Shown: positions 46,600-55,244 of the stretch, piece by piece | Layout of the letters: each line of letters opens with the position of its first letter | How positions within the stretch are numbered: the stretch's first letter is position 1 | DNA from: an uncultured Flavobacterium sp. | GTDB taxonomy: Bacteria; Bacteroidota; Bacteroidia; Flavobacteriales; Flavobacteriaceae | NCBI GenBank assembly: GCA_964409345.1 | Contig: CAYPCZ010000001.1 | Span: 92,346-156,345 of the forward strand | DNA length: 64,000 bases | Direction of reading: 5' to 3' | Position numbers and translations under genes: made by a program | Notes under the pieces: generated by a model | Databases searched by the model: none | The model's input: only the letters and a program-made list of their open reading frames with translations | What the model was told of the DNA's origin: nothing

Positions 46600-47199
46600 T
46601 TACTTTTTATTAATAATCATTGGCTGTATTGGCATACGAAAGAATAATTCATACCGAGAAGTATCTTTATTGTTAAGTTTACAGTACAATAAACAAAAAG
46701 CTAATGCTACCTTATTTACTGGAATAGAGTATATAGCTAATCTTTTTTCATTAAAATAAACATAAATATTGAAAAATAAGTCATATTCTTCTTTTATATT
46801 CTTGTTTAATTCCCAATTATTGATTAATTCAATTTCAAAATTATTAATATTATTATTTTTAATAAAGAAGATTGAATCCCAGATTGATGTCATATCTTTT
46901 GTATATTTAGGAATAGTTGTTTTTTGTCTACGCTTTGATAATTCAAATATATCGGAATATGGAGCGCCATAGTTAATTGGTGGTACTCCCTCATATAGAC
47001 TTTCTACTGTCCACCCTATACATTCTGCAAATAAACTATTTAAGGTTATAAAATGATTATGATTTACCTTCTTGTTAAAGTTATTTTTATTTATATTGTT
47101 ATGTATATTATTTTTTGTAATATTGAAGTTTTTAAAGCTTATATTACTTAATTCATTTAATTCATTGTCCAGTGGATCAGATTCTATGGTATTATTCAT
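46600..47199 (-). CDS. hypothetical protein
   Basis: 199-aa ORF; N-rich N-terminus. Confidence 0.5.
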   Translation of the reverse strand: MNNTIESDPLDNELNELSNISFKNFNITKNNIHNNINKNNFNKKVNHNHFITLNSLFAECIGWTVESLYEGVPPINYGAPYSDIFELSKRRQKTTIPKYTKDMTSIWDSIFFIKNNNINNFEIELINNWELNKNIKEEYDLFFNIYVYFNEKRLAIYSIPVNKVALAFCLLYCKLNNKDTSRYELFFRMPIQPMIINKK

Positions 47200-47377
47200 A
47201 ATACCTTACCTGTATTCTTCTTTCCATTTTAAATAAAGTTTTTCTAATATTATTGTTTTATCATTTTTGTGATGGTTTTTCTTATTGATAAACATTTCAA
47301 AGCTAATTACTTCTATTTTTGTTAAGGTGTATTTTGAGCATATATTATCAAAATTACTTTTAATCATTTAACACTTG

Positions 47378-47761
47378 TTATTTTCCTTTAAATAGTTGAT
47401 TGTTTTCTTGATTGCGTTCTTGATTGCGTTTTTCTTTTATAAATCTAATACCTTTGTTAGTGATACCATATCCGAACTTGTTGTTTTCTTTATATTCAAT
47501 GGTTAACAATCCCTGTCTTCTTGCTTTTTCACAATGTTTATATATTTTTACACTTTTGGTAATATCCCTGACGACAAAAAGATTGTATGGATTTTCTAAA
47601 GATTCTAATTGATTTTTTAAATATGCTATATTAAGAACATCAATGAAAGATTTGATTTTATGATAAAAGAATATTTTTTTATTTTTTTTCTTGATTCTTC
47701 TAAATTTTTTACAGTTTCTGTTTTTGGATTTATAATTTTCATAATTATTACCAAATCTCAT
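47378..47761 (-). CDS. hypothetical basic protein, possible winged-helix
   Basis: 127 aa; K/R-rich N-terminus; ...ARRQGLLTIEYKENNKFGYGITNKGIRFI resembles a wHTH wing (weak). Confidence 0.45.
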   Translation of the reverse strand: MRFGNNYENYKSKNRNCKKFRRIKKKNKKIFFYHKIKSFIDVLNIAYLKNQLESLENPYNLFVVRDITKSVKIYKHCEKARRQGLLTIEYKENNKFGYGITNKGIRFIKEKRNQERNQENNQLFKGK

Positions 47762-47939
47762 TGCATACCTCTTCTGTATTGTACTACTTATATTAGCACG
47801 GTTGTTTTTAAATAAACAACTTTAATACTAGAGTAGGTCTTTATAAGTTTTATTACATGTTATTTCTATGAGTTTATTAAGTTATTTTGCAATATAAAAT
47901 AATAATATAATCTTTAGATAATTTATTTTTACATATATC

Positions 47940-48308
47940 TTATTTAATTACTTCTATTTTAACTTTACATATTCCACAATCAATCATATCTAGTTTTTTA
48001 GCAGCATCTTTTGTAAGATCAATAACTCTTCCTTTTATGAAGGGACCTCTATTATTGATCCTTACTATTACAGATTTTTTATTGTCAAGTCTTGTAACTT
48101 TTACTTTTGTATTAAATGGTAATGTTTTATGTGCTGCTGTAAGTGATTTATCTAAATCTTTATATGTTTTATATTTTTCTCCACTTGCTGTTATCTTATA
48201 TCCAGAATACCAAGATGCTACACCGTCAAGTTCTTTGTTAGAAAATGAATTAGAAGAAATTAAAAGAAAAATAAAAATATAAATATATTTAAAAATGATT
48301 ATCTCCAA
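47940..48308 (-). CDS. RlpA-like double-psi beta-barrel protein (secreted)
   Basis: Signal-like N-terminus; GVASWYSGY...TASGEKY...[15 protein letters not shown]...[11 protein letters not shown]...[13 protein letters not shown]. Confidence 0.75.
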   Translation of the reverse strand: MEIIIFKYIYIFIFLLISSNSFSNKELDGVASWYSGYKITASGEKYKTYKDLDKSLTAAHKTLPFNTKVKVTRLDNKKSVIVRINNRGPFIKGRVIDLTKDAAKKLDMIDCGICKVKIEVIK

Positions 48309-48486
48309 TCTATTAATTAATAATAAAGATTAAAGATAATAGATTAGTTAATTATTAATACTGATCTATTATTAATAGAGTTTTATTATTAAAAGAGTTC
48401 CAGCTGTTCCAATCTCTTTTTTATTTAAATTAATCTTATTATTTTAACGTACTATAATTTTCTTTTTATAAATGCCAATGTATTTA

Positions 48487-48897
48487 TTAATCAGAAAATC
48501 TTTCTAAAGAAACTTTATATGATTTTGAATTATAAGAGTAATTATCAAGATTAAAGTTCTTGTCTATTAAACTCCATCCAGGATGTTCCTTATTTATAGC
48601 TTCTACTATTTTGTGCCAATTTTCATCATTAGCTTCTTCATCTTTAACAAGTATAGATGCTGTCCTTACATGACGCTTTCTACCAAGATTATAAGATTGC
48701 TGCCTTGTTATAATTTCTCCTGACTTGATAATTTCTTTTCCTAAAACTAAATCAATATACTCTTCTTTTGTTAAAGAAACTTTTGCTAATGTAATTAAAC
48801 TAATTTCTTCTTTTACAACTAAAAAATAATCATCACCAATGCTATTTATGACAATTTTTATTTTGTTTTCTTTTGTTTGTTTAGTTTCTGCATCCAT
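48487..48897 (-). CDS. hypothetical protein
   Basis: 136-aa ORF. Confidence 0.45.
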   Translation of the reverse strand: MDAETKQTKENKIKIVINSIGDDYFLVVKEEISLITLAKVSLTKEEYIDLVLGKEIIKSGEIITRQQSYNLGRKRHVRTASILVKDEEANDENWHKIVEAINKEHPGWSLIDKNFNLDNYSYNSKSYKVSLERFSD

Positions 48898-49271
48898 TTT
48901 GGTTTTCTCTTTTCGTTAATTGTATTTAGTTTTTTTATAGCTTTATTTGTATTTTTGTATCTTTTTTCAGATACATTTAAAGCATTTCTTATTTCTATAA
49001 GAGTATTTTGGCTTATATTATTCAAATAGATATATTGGCGTATTTCTTCTCTTTTATGCTTAGATGGAAGTGAACCAAAACTTAAATATATAAAGTTTTT
49101 ATTTATAATAAGATCATTAAAATCTATTGTTATAGGAAATTTATTTCTTATTTTTTCATCAAGAAAGTTAAATAATTTTTTTGCTTCCATATCGTCATGA
49201 AGATTTTTTACTATCTCTAATATGTTGTAGTTTTCTGAAATAGATTTTAATGGTTCTTTTTCTTTTGTCAT
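48858..49271 (-). CDS. hypothetical protein
   Basis: 137-aa ORF. Confidence 0.45.
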   Translation of the reverse strand: MTKEKEPLKSISENYNILEIVKNLHDDMEAKKLFNFLDEKIRNKFPITIDFNDLIINKNFIYLSFGSLPSKHKREEIRQYIYLNNISQNTLIEIRNALNVSEKRYKNTNKAIKKLNTINEKRKPKWMQKLNKQKKTK

Positions 49272-49274
49272 AAA

Positions 49275-49535
49275 TTATTGTCCACTATAACATTCTTCAC
49301 AAATTTCTTCATCATTTAGGTTTTGCTTTTCATCAATATCACACCACCAAGAGCAACTATCACAAAGAAATATTTTATCACAAATAGCATCAATTGTTTC
49401 ATCTGATAAATCATCTTCACTTAAGCTAAGATTACCCATATTTATAGCTAAATAACCATCAGAAAAATTTCTACATGTTCCAACAAGAAACTCTGTAAAT
49501 TTTTCTACTTGTAATTCTGTCAATACGATAGACAT
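49275..49535 (-). CDS. hypothetical protein with C-terminal Cys cluster
   Basis: 86 aa; CDSCSWWC...CEEC. Confidence 0.45.
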   Translation of the reverse strand: MSIVLTELQVEKFTEFLVGTCRNFSDGYLAINMGNLSLSEDDLSDETIDAICDKIFLCDSCSWWCDIDEKQNLNDEEICEECYSGQ

Positions 49536-49537
49536 GA

Positions 49538-49972
49538 TTATTTAATTTCTTTGTTTTTTTCATTTATAAGTTTTATTGCTTTACTTCTTGATATTCCCAT
49601 TACATTTACAAGATCTTGTATTTTGTAATTAATTGTACTTATCATTGTTTTTTCTGTTATAAAATTTAATATAATATCAATATCTTTATGATCTACTAAG
49701 CCTCTTTCAGCTACTTCTCTTAGTATGTTGATTTGTGATGTTCCCAAGTGTAAAGAAACACCATCCCAACCAATTTTATTATTTAAAGTAAATCTTTGAT
49801 CTTTAACAAAGATAATTGGTCGAGGGTGTGTTTTTGCTTTAAAAGCATAATCAATAGTTATCTTTTTTTTTCTACTTGAGAAAAGTGTATTATAAGGAAT
49901 AATGCATTTGTCAATATTATTTATTGCATTCAATACTTCTTGAGGTGCAAGATATGTGCTTTTAAAAGCCAT
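49538..49972 (-). CDS. hypothetical protein
   Basis: 144-aa ORF. Confidence 0.5.
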   Translation of the reverse strand: MAFKSTYLAPQEVLNAINNIDKCIIPYNTLFSSRKKKITIDYAFKAKTHPRPIIFVKDQRFTLNNKIGWDGVSLHLGTSQINILREVAERGLVDHKDIDIILNFITEKTMISTINYKIQDLVNVMGISRSKAIKLINEKNKEIK

Positions 49973-50020
49973 TTTATTTTCCTATTAATTTATTTTCTTT
50001 CTTTCTTATATAAATCTACA

Positions 50021-50085
50021 GTACAATAATAGGAGTCGAATCCATAACTGCGAAATTATGCTCTATCCAATTTAGCTACACTGTA
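50021..50085 (-). pseudogene. degenerate tRNA-like element (about 65 nt, anticodon arm truncated)
   Basis: Acceptor TACAGTG/TATTGTA (2 G:U), D arm TAGCTAAATTGGATAGAGCA and T-loop GGATTCGACTCC are recognisable. Only 13 nt lie where a 17-nt anticodon arm plus variable loop should be. No CCA. Confidence 0.3.
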
Positions 50086-50152
50086 CTATGGACTTATAAA
50101 AGAATGAGCAGTTTAAAGACTTACTCAGGTCTGCTCGGTGGTTGGGCCGAAA

Positions 50153-50827
50153 TTAATCTTTTTGGTATGGCTTACCATACATTCTTTTTAATGATTCTTC
50201 AAGATAGATTTTTAAACCAAGAGCTTCAAATGGAAGAAGCATAATTTTAAAATCTACATTGTTTCTTTTAATTGTTATGTTAATTGATTTTGGATTGATA
50301 CCAGATGTTCTGGGCTCGTTTTTTGAATCTCCCTCAACAAACTGTTTACACAATCTTGCAATTGGGTCTGATTTAATACTACCCATAATTGTTGCACTAA
50401 ATGTACTTGTATTACTGTCAGTTTTATGAATCAAACTTACAGAAGGTTCCAAGTAAGATAATACGGTAAGAATATGTTGAATATCTGTTATACCGCACTT
50501 GAATTTTACAACTTGATCTCCAGACCAATCAAAAATCCTTGCACCACGCTGTCTAGTCTGCTGTCCAATTTGACGAGCCATAGCAATAAATACACTATTA
50601 TACTTGTCGTATTGTGCCAATTCTGCTTGAAAAGCACAGCCAATTGTTTTAGAATCTTGAGGATCAAAGTTTCTTTTAGGTTTATAGTAAGCTACTGCAA
50701 ATCTGTCTTTTGGGTTGTATCCAGAACCAGATGAGCCTCCATCTTTGTTACTTGTTTCAGAATTAGTAGGTTGCTGCGTTTCTTCTTCGGTATAATCTAC
50801 TCCACCGAAATCTTCTTCAAAACCCAT
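50153..50827 (-). CDS. hypothetical protein, possible Whirly-like ssDNA-binding fold
   Basis: 224 aa; G/S-rich acidic N-terminus; FAVAYYKPK..., RIFDWSGDQVVKFKCGITDIQHILTVL, IHKTD, IMLLPFEALGLKIYLEESL are collinear with Whirly-family blocks as I remember them. Confidence 0.4.
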   Translation of the reverse strand: MGFEEDFGGVDYTEEETQQPTNSETSNKDGGSSGSGYNPKDRFAVAYYKPKRNFDPQDSKTIGCAFQAELAQYDKYNSVFIAMARQIGQQTRQRGARIFDWSGDQVVKFKCGITDIQHILTVLSYLEPSVSLIHKTDSNTSTFSATIMGSIKSDPIARLCKQFVEGDSKNEPRTSGINPKSINITIKRNNVDFKIMLLPFEALGLKIYLEESLKRMYGKPYQKD

Positions 50828-50857
50828 CTTGGTATTTCTCCTTTAATATTTCTACCA

Positions 50858-53800
50858 TTATAAATCATAACCTACAGCTATGATTTTATCTTCATCTTCG
50901 TTATTGTTTGATGAAGAATCTTCATCGACATTTAAAAAGTTACCATATCTTTTCATAATGTCGTCATATTCAATCATCTTACCTTCAGAATTAAGAACAA
51001 ATTCATAGTCCCAAAAATCTTTATGAATATCACCTTGTTGAGGATTATGTTCTTCTCCATCATAAATACGGAGTCTGTCAGTTGAGTGATCTAAAAGTAC
51101 TTCATCACATGCATCAAAAAAGTCAATATATTTTACCGTAGTCTTAACTTTTTTATATGGACATGATATAGCAACTGAATTATTTACACCAATAATCCAG
51201 GCACAAAGTCTTAAAAGCTTTGTAGCTTTTTGTGTCATTGTTTTTACATATTTTACTTCATCCTTTGTTGGTTTGATTTTTTTGTAATAGACTTTACTAT
51301 CTCTTAGAATTATTTTTTGTTTTCCAAGTTTAGCAAATCTACCAATCTTGTCATTTTCTAATGCGACATGAACATCAGAATAAAGCTTTTTAATAATCGG
51401 TTGTAGTTTATCAATTTGCTCTATACCTGTTTCACCAGTTAAAAGATTATCTGAAAATGCAGAATTGTACATACGTTGTACTTCTTTTGCATTTGCATCT
51501 TCAATCATTCGCCTTCCAACAATATCATATTCTGTTGAAGACCAATGTTTAATATTTCCTAATACTTCGTTTATTTCAATCATTGCATAGTAGGCAGCTA
51601 ATTTGGAATCATATTTAGAAAGATCTTTTCCTAATTCCACACACTTGTATGGGTTTTCAGCATTACCTAAGAGTTGACAATTTTTAATTGCATCAAGAAA
51701 TACACATCTATCTCCTAATCTCAATGCCCTACCTAGTCGTTGTATCATTTTGGTATCTGATTTACCGCCTGCACCCATTATAACAACGTTTACGGAGGGT
51801 AAATCAATTCCTTCATCATACAGAGATGTTGCAATGATGACTTTTGTTTTTTGATTTCTAAAACCTTCCATTATACTTCTTCTGGTGGCAGCATCGAATG
51901 TTCCATTTACTAAAACAATTTCTTGTGGTTTTGTATCTCCGCCTAAAAGTTTCCAAAGAAAGAATCCATGAATTTTTTCTTTAATAATAATTAATACAGT
52001 CTCATTTTGAGAAAGTGCTTTTAATGTAGCAGCTACAATGATTGCATTTCTATGATCATTAAAGATAATTCCTACTTTAGACCTTCTATGGTAGTTGTTC
52101 TTTTCATCTAGTGCTTTATCGTAGAATCTTTCATCTAGCTGTGTATCTACAGGATACATGATAATATCTGGCTTTGACAGCCAGCCTCTTTCAACAAGTT
52201 CTTTTGAGCTTATTTTATTGATAACTGGACCAGTTGTTGCTTCTAGTAAGATACCCAATCCATCCGCTCTCCAAGGGGTCGCAGTTAATCCCATTCTAAA
52301 TGGAGCTGGACATGACTGAGCAACATAAAACCAACTTTCAGAACCACTATGGTGAGTTTCATCAAAGATTGCAGTTTTTCTTGATTCTAAAACAAGTTTA
52401 TATTCAGGCTTAACTTCAAAGTCTTTTCTTTTACCATGATAAGCTAGTGACTGTATCATAGCTACAATAATAAACTTAAAACTTCCATCTTCATTTTTGT
52501 ATGTTTCTTCTCCGCCGCCTAAAACACCAACCATATCTGGACCAAAAATTTCAGAGAATACCCTTTCAGTTTGAACCATAAGATCTCTGGTGTGTACAAA
52601 AAAGATTGCTGGTTGATTTATTTTTGCAATACTATCAGCAGCTAAGATTGTATTGTGACAAATAAACCCATTACCAAAGAATGATTTAGATTCAGGAATT
52701 TCCCAGTCTACAATTTCTGCGGCAGATGCTTCTATCATACTAATTTTATCAAAGTAATAATTTTGTCCAGTACTTTGACAAGATATATTTTCTCCATCTA
52801 GTAATTTTTGGAATAATATAAAAGATGTATCTGAAACAGTAAGATAATTATTGTTTCGTTTAGACAATATACCAAAATTGAGAAGTGCAATTTGCACAAT
52901 TCTTGCTATTTCATTATTGTAAAAGATTTTTAAATTGTTATTTTGATTATCTTCATCTGTTTTAATAAACATACCACGCAAAAAAGCTGCTACAATATTT
53001 TTTGGTGCTGTACGAATTATTCTTGGGAATATGTCTTCACCACAGTTAAAAACTTTTCTATAAATTGTATTTAAAATAGCATCTTCGCTATAAATAGCAT
53101 CTTCGCTATCAGTAATTTTCTCTAAAAAGTCATAAAATATTTTTTCCCAGGATTTTTTTCTTTTAATATTTCCAATATCATTTGTTAAAAATCCAAAAAA
53201 GGTTGCCATATCTTCTGTGATTTCTTCTGGAAAAACTTTAAAATCTTTATTTAATTCATCTAGTAATTCAAGTGGCAGATATGTGGTTTTACCAAAGACA
53301 GATTGACTATGCTGAATAGCTACAATTGTTTTTAAAGTAATGTCTTCTAATTTAATCCAGTCAATTGAACCGTCTTTTTTAAGTTCTAATATCATCTGAT
53401 CTTCAGAACCACCAAGTTCATATCCATTTTTGGTTTTGATATTAATGATGGTATGAGTACCATCATTATAAAAAGATCGAGTAGTTTCAAAGTTTCCGTT
53501 TCTATTTATTAACATAACAGAGCATGGCTCAGCCTGATCAATTTTACCATGATCATATTCTGACATATACTCCATACCCTTGATGGTAAAGTTTACTGTA
53601 TTTTTCTTAACACATTTACCACCGCCAGTACCTAGCTGTATAATACCTGCATTCTTGATACCGTAGTTATTTTGACCTTCTAAAAAAGCATCTGAAGCAG
53701 CTTCTTGATAGTCTCGTAAATGAATTGAAGTTGGAATAGGATTATTGTGGGCTGGATAATCAATATTATCTACTTCTTCAAATGGAATCATTCCATCATT

Positions 53801-53989
53801 GAGGCATTTCTTTGCAATATGCAATACACCCCTTGGAAATCGCATCTTTTCTTTGTCTACAAGGGACTTATTTATTGTTGTTCCAGTTCTTGGATCAATA
53901 TATTGATATGAAAGGTTATTATGAAGGATATGAGGCACTTGGTAGGTATCTTCGATGTATACCCATGCATTTTCAATTCTTAGTATCAT
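50858..53989 (-). CDS. superfamily 2 DEXH helicase (UvsW/RAD25/type III Res-like) interrupted by an intein
   Basis: LRDYQ, GTGGGK|...|T split Walker A, DETHH, GLTATPWR, ATSLYDEGIDLPSVN, QRLGRALR. Confidence 0.8.
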   Translation of the reverse strand: MILRIENAWVYIEDTYQVPHILHNNLSYQYIDPRTGTTINKSLVDKEKMRFPRGVLHIAKKCLNDGMIPFEEVDNIDYPAHNNPIPTSIHLRDYQEAASDAFLEGQNNYGIKNAGIIQLGTGGGKCVKKNTVNFTIKGMEYMSEYDHGKIDQAEPCSVMLINRNGNFETTRSFYNDGTHTIINIKTKNGYELGGSEDQMILELKKDGSIDWIKLEDITLKTIVAIQHSQSVFGKTTYLPLELLDELNKDFKVFPEEITEDMATFFGFLTNDIGNIKRKKSWEKIFYDFLEKITDSEDAIYSEDAILNTIYRKVFNCGEDIFPRIIRTAPKNIVAAFLRGMFIKTDEDNQNNNLKIFYNNEIARIVQIALLNFGILSKRNNNYLTVSDTSFILFQKLLDGENISCQSTGQNYYFDKISMIEASAAEIVDWEIPESKSFFGNGFICHNTILAADSIAKINQPAIFFVHTRDLMVQTERVFSEIFGPDMVGVLGGGEETYKNEDGSFKFIIVAMIQSLAYHGKRKDFEVKPEYKLVLESRKTAIFDETHHSGSESWFYVAQSCPAPFRMGLTATPWRADGLGILLEATTGPVINKISSKELVERGWLSKPDIIMYPVDTQLDERFYDKALDEKNNYHRRSKVGIIFNDHRNAIIVAATLKALSQNETVLIIIKEKIHGFFLWKLLGGDTKPQEIVLVNGTFDAATRRSIMEGFRNQKTKVIIATSLYDEGIDLPSVNVVIMGAGGKSDTKMIQRLGRALRLGDRCVFLDAIKNCQLLGNAENPYKCVELGKDLSKYDSKLAAYYAMIEINEVLGNIKHWSSTEYDIVGRRMIEDANAKEVQRMYNSAFSDNLLTGETGIEQIDKLQPIIKKLYSDVHVALENDKIGRFAKLGKQKIILRDSKVYYKKIKPTKDEVKYVKTMTQKATKLLRLCAWIIGVNNSVAISCPYKKVKTTVKYIDFFDACDEVLLDHSTDRLRIYDGEEHNPQQGDIHKDFWDYEFVLNSEGKMIEYDDIMKRYGNFLNVDEDSSSNNNEDEDKIIAVGYDL
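52652..53614 (-). mobile_element. intein (321 aa) inserted in the helicase P-loop, with degenerate LAGLIDADG-like blocks
   Basis: Begins with Cys right after GTGGGK and ends GFICHN followed by +1 Thr, restoring GTGGGKT. Internal FFGFLTNDIG and AAFLRGMFIKTDED blocks. Confidence 0.8.
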
Positions 53990-53990
53990 T

Positions 53991-54299
53991 TTATTTCTGC
54001 TTCTTTCTGAATATCTGCGATAATATTTGACTGATTTTATTTACTGATCTAACATCTTTCCATTCATATATAATGATTTCTGATATGTTTGGAGGATATT
54101 TGTTTGTTACTAAATCACAATATTTTATAAACTCAGATGTATTTAAAGAGTTTATAATAAGCTTTAATTCATCAATTAATTTATACATATTTTTTGCCCA
54201 CTGTGGGCCAGCTTTAAAATCTAAAGTACCGTGATTATTATCTAATTGATAAATATCTAAAGCTAATTTAACTGCCTTGTTGAATCTTTCATCATGCAT
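53991..54299 (-). CDS. hypothetical protein
   Basis: 102-aa ORF between the sigma factor and helicase genes. Confidence 0.5.
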   Translation of the reverse strand: MHDERFNKAVKLALDIYQLDNNHGTLDFKAGPQWAKNMYKLIDELKLIINSLNTSEFIKYCDLVTNKYPPNISEIIIYEWKDVRSVNKISQILSQIFRKKQK

Positions 54300-55215
54300 A
54301 AGAGCTATTTTCTTTACTTATAGCCATTTCTAAAACACACTTTATGGCACGCTTAACAAAAGCACCTTCTTCTGTTACACCAAGTTTTAACAATGAATAT
54401 CTTAGTAACTGATCGACAGCTTGATAATGACAAAAAAGTTTTTCTGATGCTTGTTTGATTGTACAAACTTCTTGATTTCTTAGATAGTTTATAATTATCA
54501 TATCAATAACTTTAAATTGTTTTTTAGTAAGATTATTTTTACAATATTCTTCTACTCTGTCAGCAATTTCTGACAATGCAAGTCTAACACTTGGGTCTGT
54601 ATTTCTAATAGCTGGAGAGAAAACACTATTTCCCATATCTTCTACAACCATACCAGTTTCTTCACCATCTGCAAACCTAAGATCATTAAACTTCATGACA
54701 CCAGAATGACTTATAACTGATATTTGTGATGCAGTAAATTCATCTAATTTAAAACGCTTTATTAAAAAATCTGTTACATCTTGTTCAGTCGGTATTTTTT
54801 CATTCTTTTCTACGAATGCTTTAACAAATGATGCAATCTTAACATACATATAAGTTGGGATGCTATTAGCTACCTTTGCATTTGCAAGTGTAGTCCAGAC
54901 TTCACCCCATACAAATTTATAACAATAAGTTGATATTCTTGTATATGAATCTGGATTATAGCTTTTTAATCCTTTTAATAGTCCTATCAATGCTGCTGAT
55001 TGAGCATCTTCATAAAGATCTTTGTCTTTAATCTTAAAGCTATTTACTATCTTTAGTGCAAATCTAGCGTTATGTTGTATTAATTCTAATTTAGCTTCTT
55101 CATCTCCAACTACCATTTGGAGTGCTAAATCATGTTCATCAAATTCATCAAATGGCGCATAAAGTTTAGCCATTTCTGAAAGAGTATTTTCCATAAGTCG
55201 CATCTTATTCTCCAC
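54292..55215 (-). CDS. sigma-70 family RNA polymerase sigma factor
   Basis: Region 2-like LIQHNARFALKIVNSF...YEDAQSAALIGLLKGLKSYNP, ISTYCYKFVWGEVW; C-terminal region 4-like HTH TIKQASEKLFCHYQAVDQLLRYSLLKL. Confidence 0.65.
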   Translation of the reverse strand: MENKMRLMENTLSEMAKLYAPFDEFDEHDLALQMVVGDEEAKLELIQHNARFALKIVNSFKIKDKDLYEDAQSAALIGLLKGLKSYNPDSYTRISTYCYKFVWGEVWTTLANAKVANSIPTYMYVKIASFVKAFVEKNEKIPTEQDVTDFLIKRFKLDEFTASQISVISHSGVMKFNDLRFADGEETGMVVEDMGNSVFSPAIRNTDPSVRLALSEIADRVEEYCKNNLTKKQFKVIDMIIINYLRNQEVCTIKQASEKLFCHYQAVDQLLRYSLLKLGVTEEGAFVKRAIKCVLEMAISKENSSYA

Positions 55216-55244
55216 AGTCTACGGGTTTAATTACTTCTTCTATA

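Noticed and set aside
47205-47367. Apparent 53-aa minus-strand ORF in the 47200-47377 gap
   Set aside because: Careful re-translation shows a TGA after 36 codons. It is too short and has no RBS, so I did not call it.
47863-47875. 13-nt motif ATTTCTATGAGTT shared with 63888-63900 as a candidate phage promoter element
   Set aside because: In sequence this AT-rich, many 13-mer coincidences are expected by chance across 64 kb, and I found no further copies in other intergenic regions.
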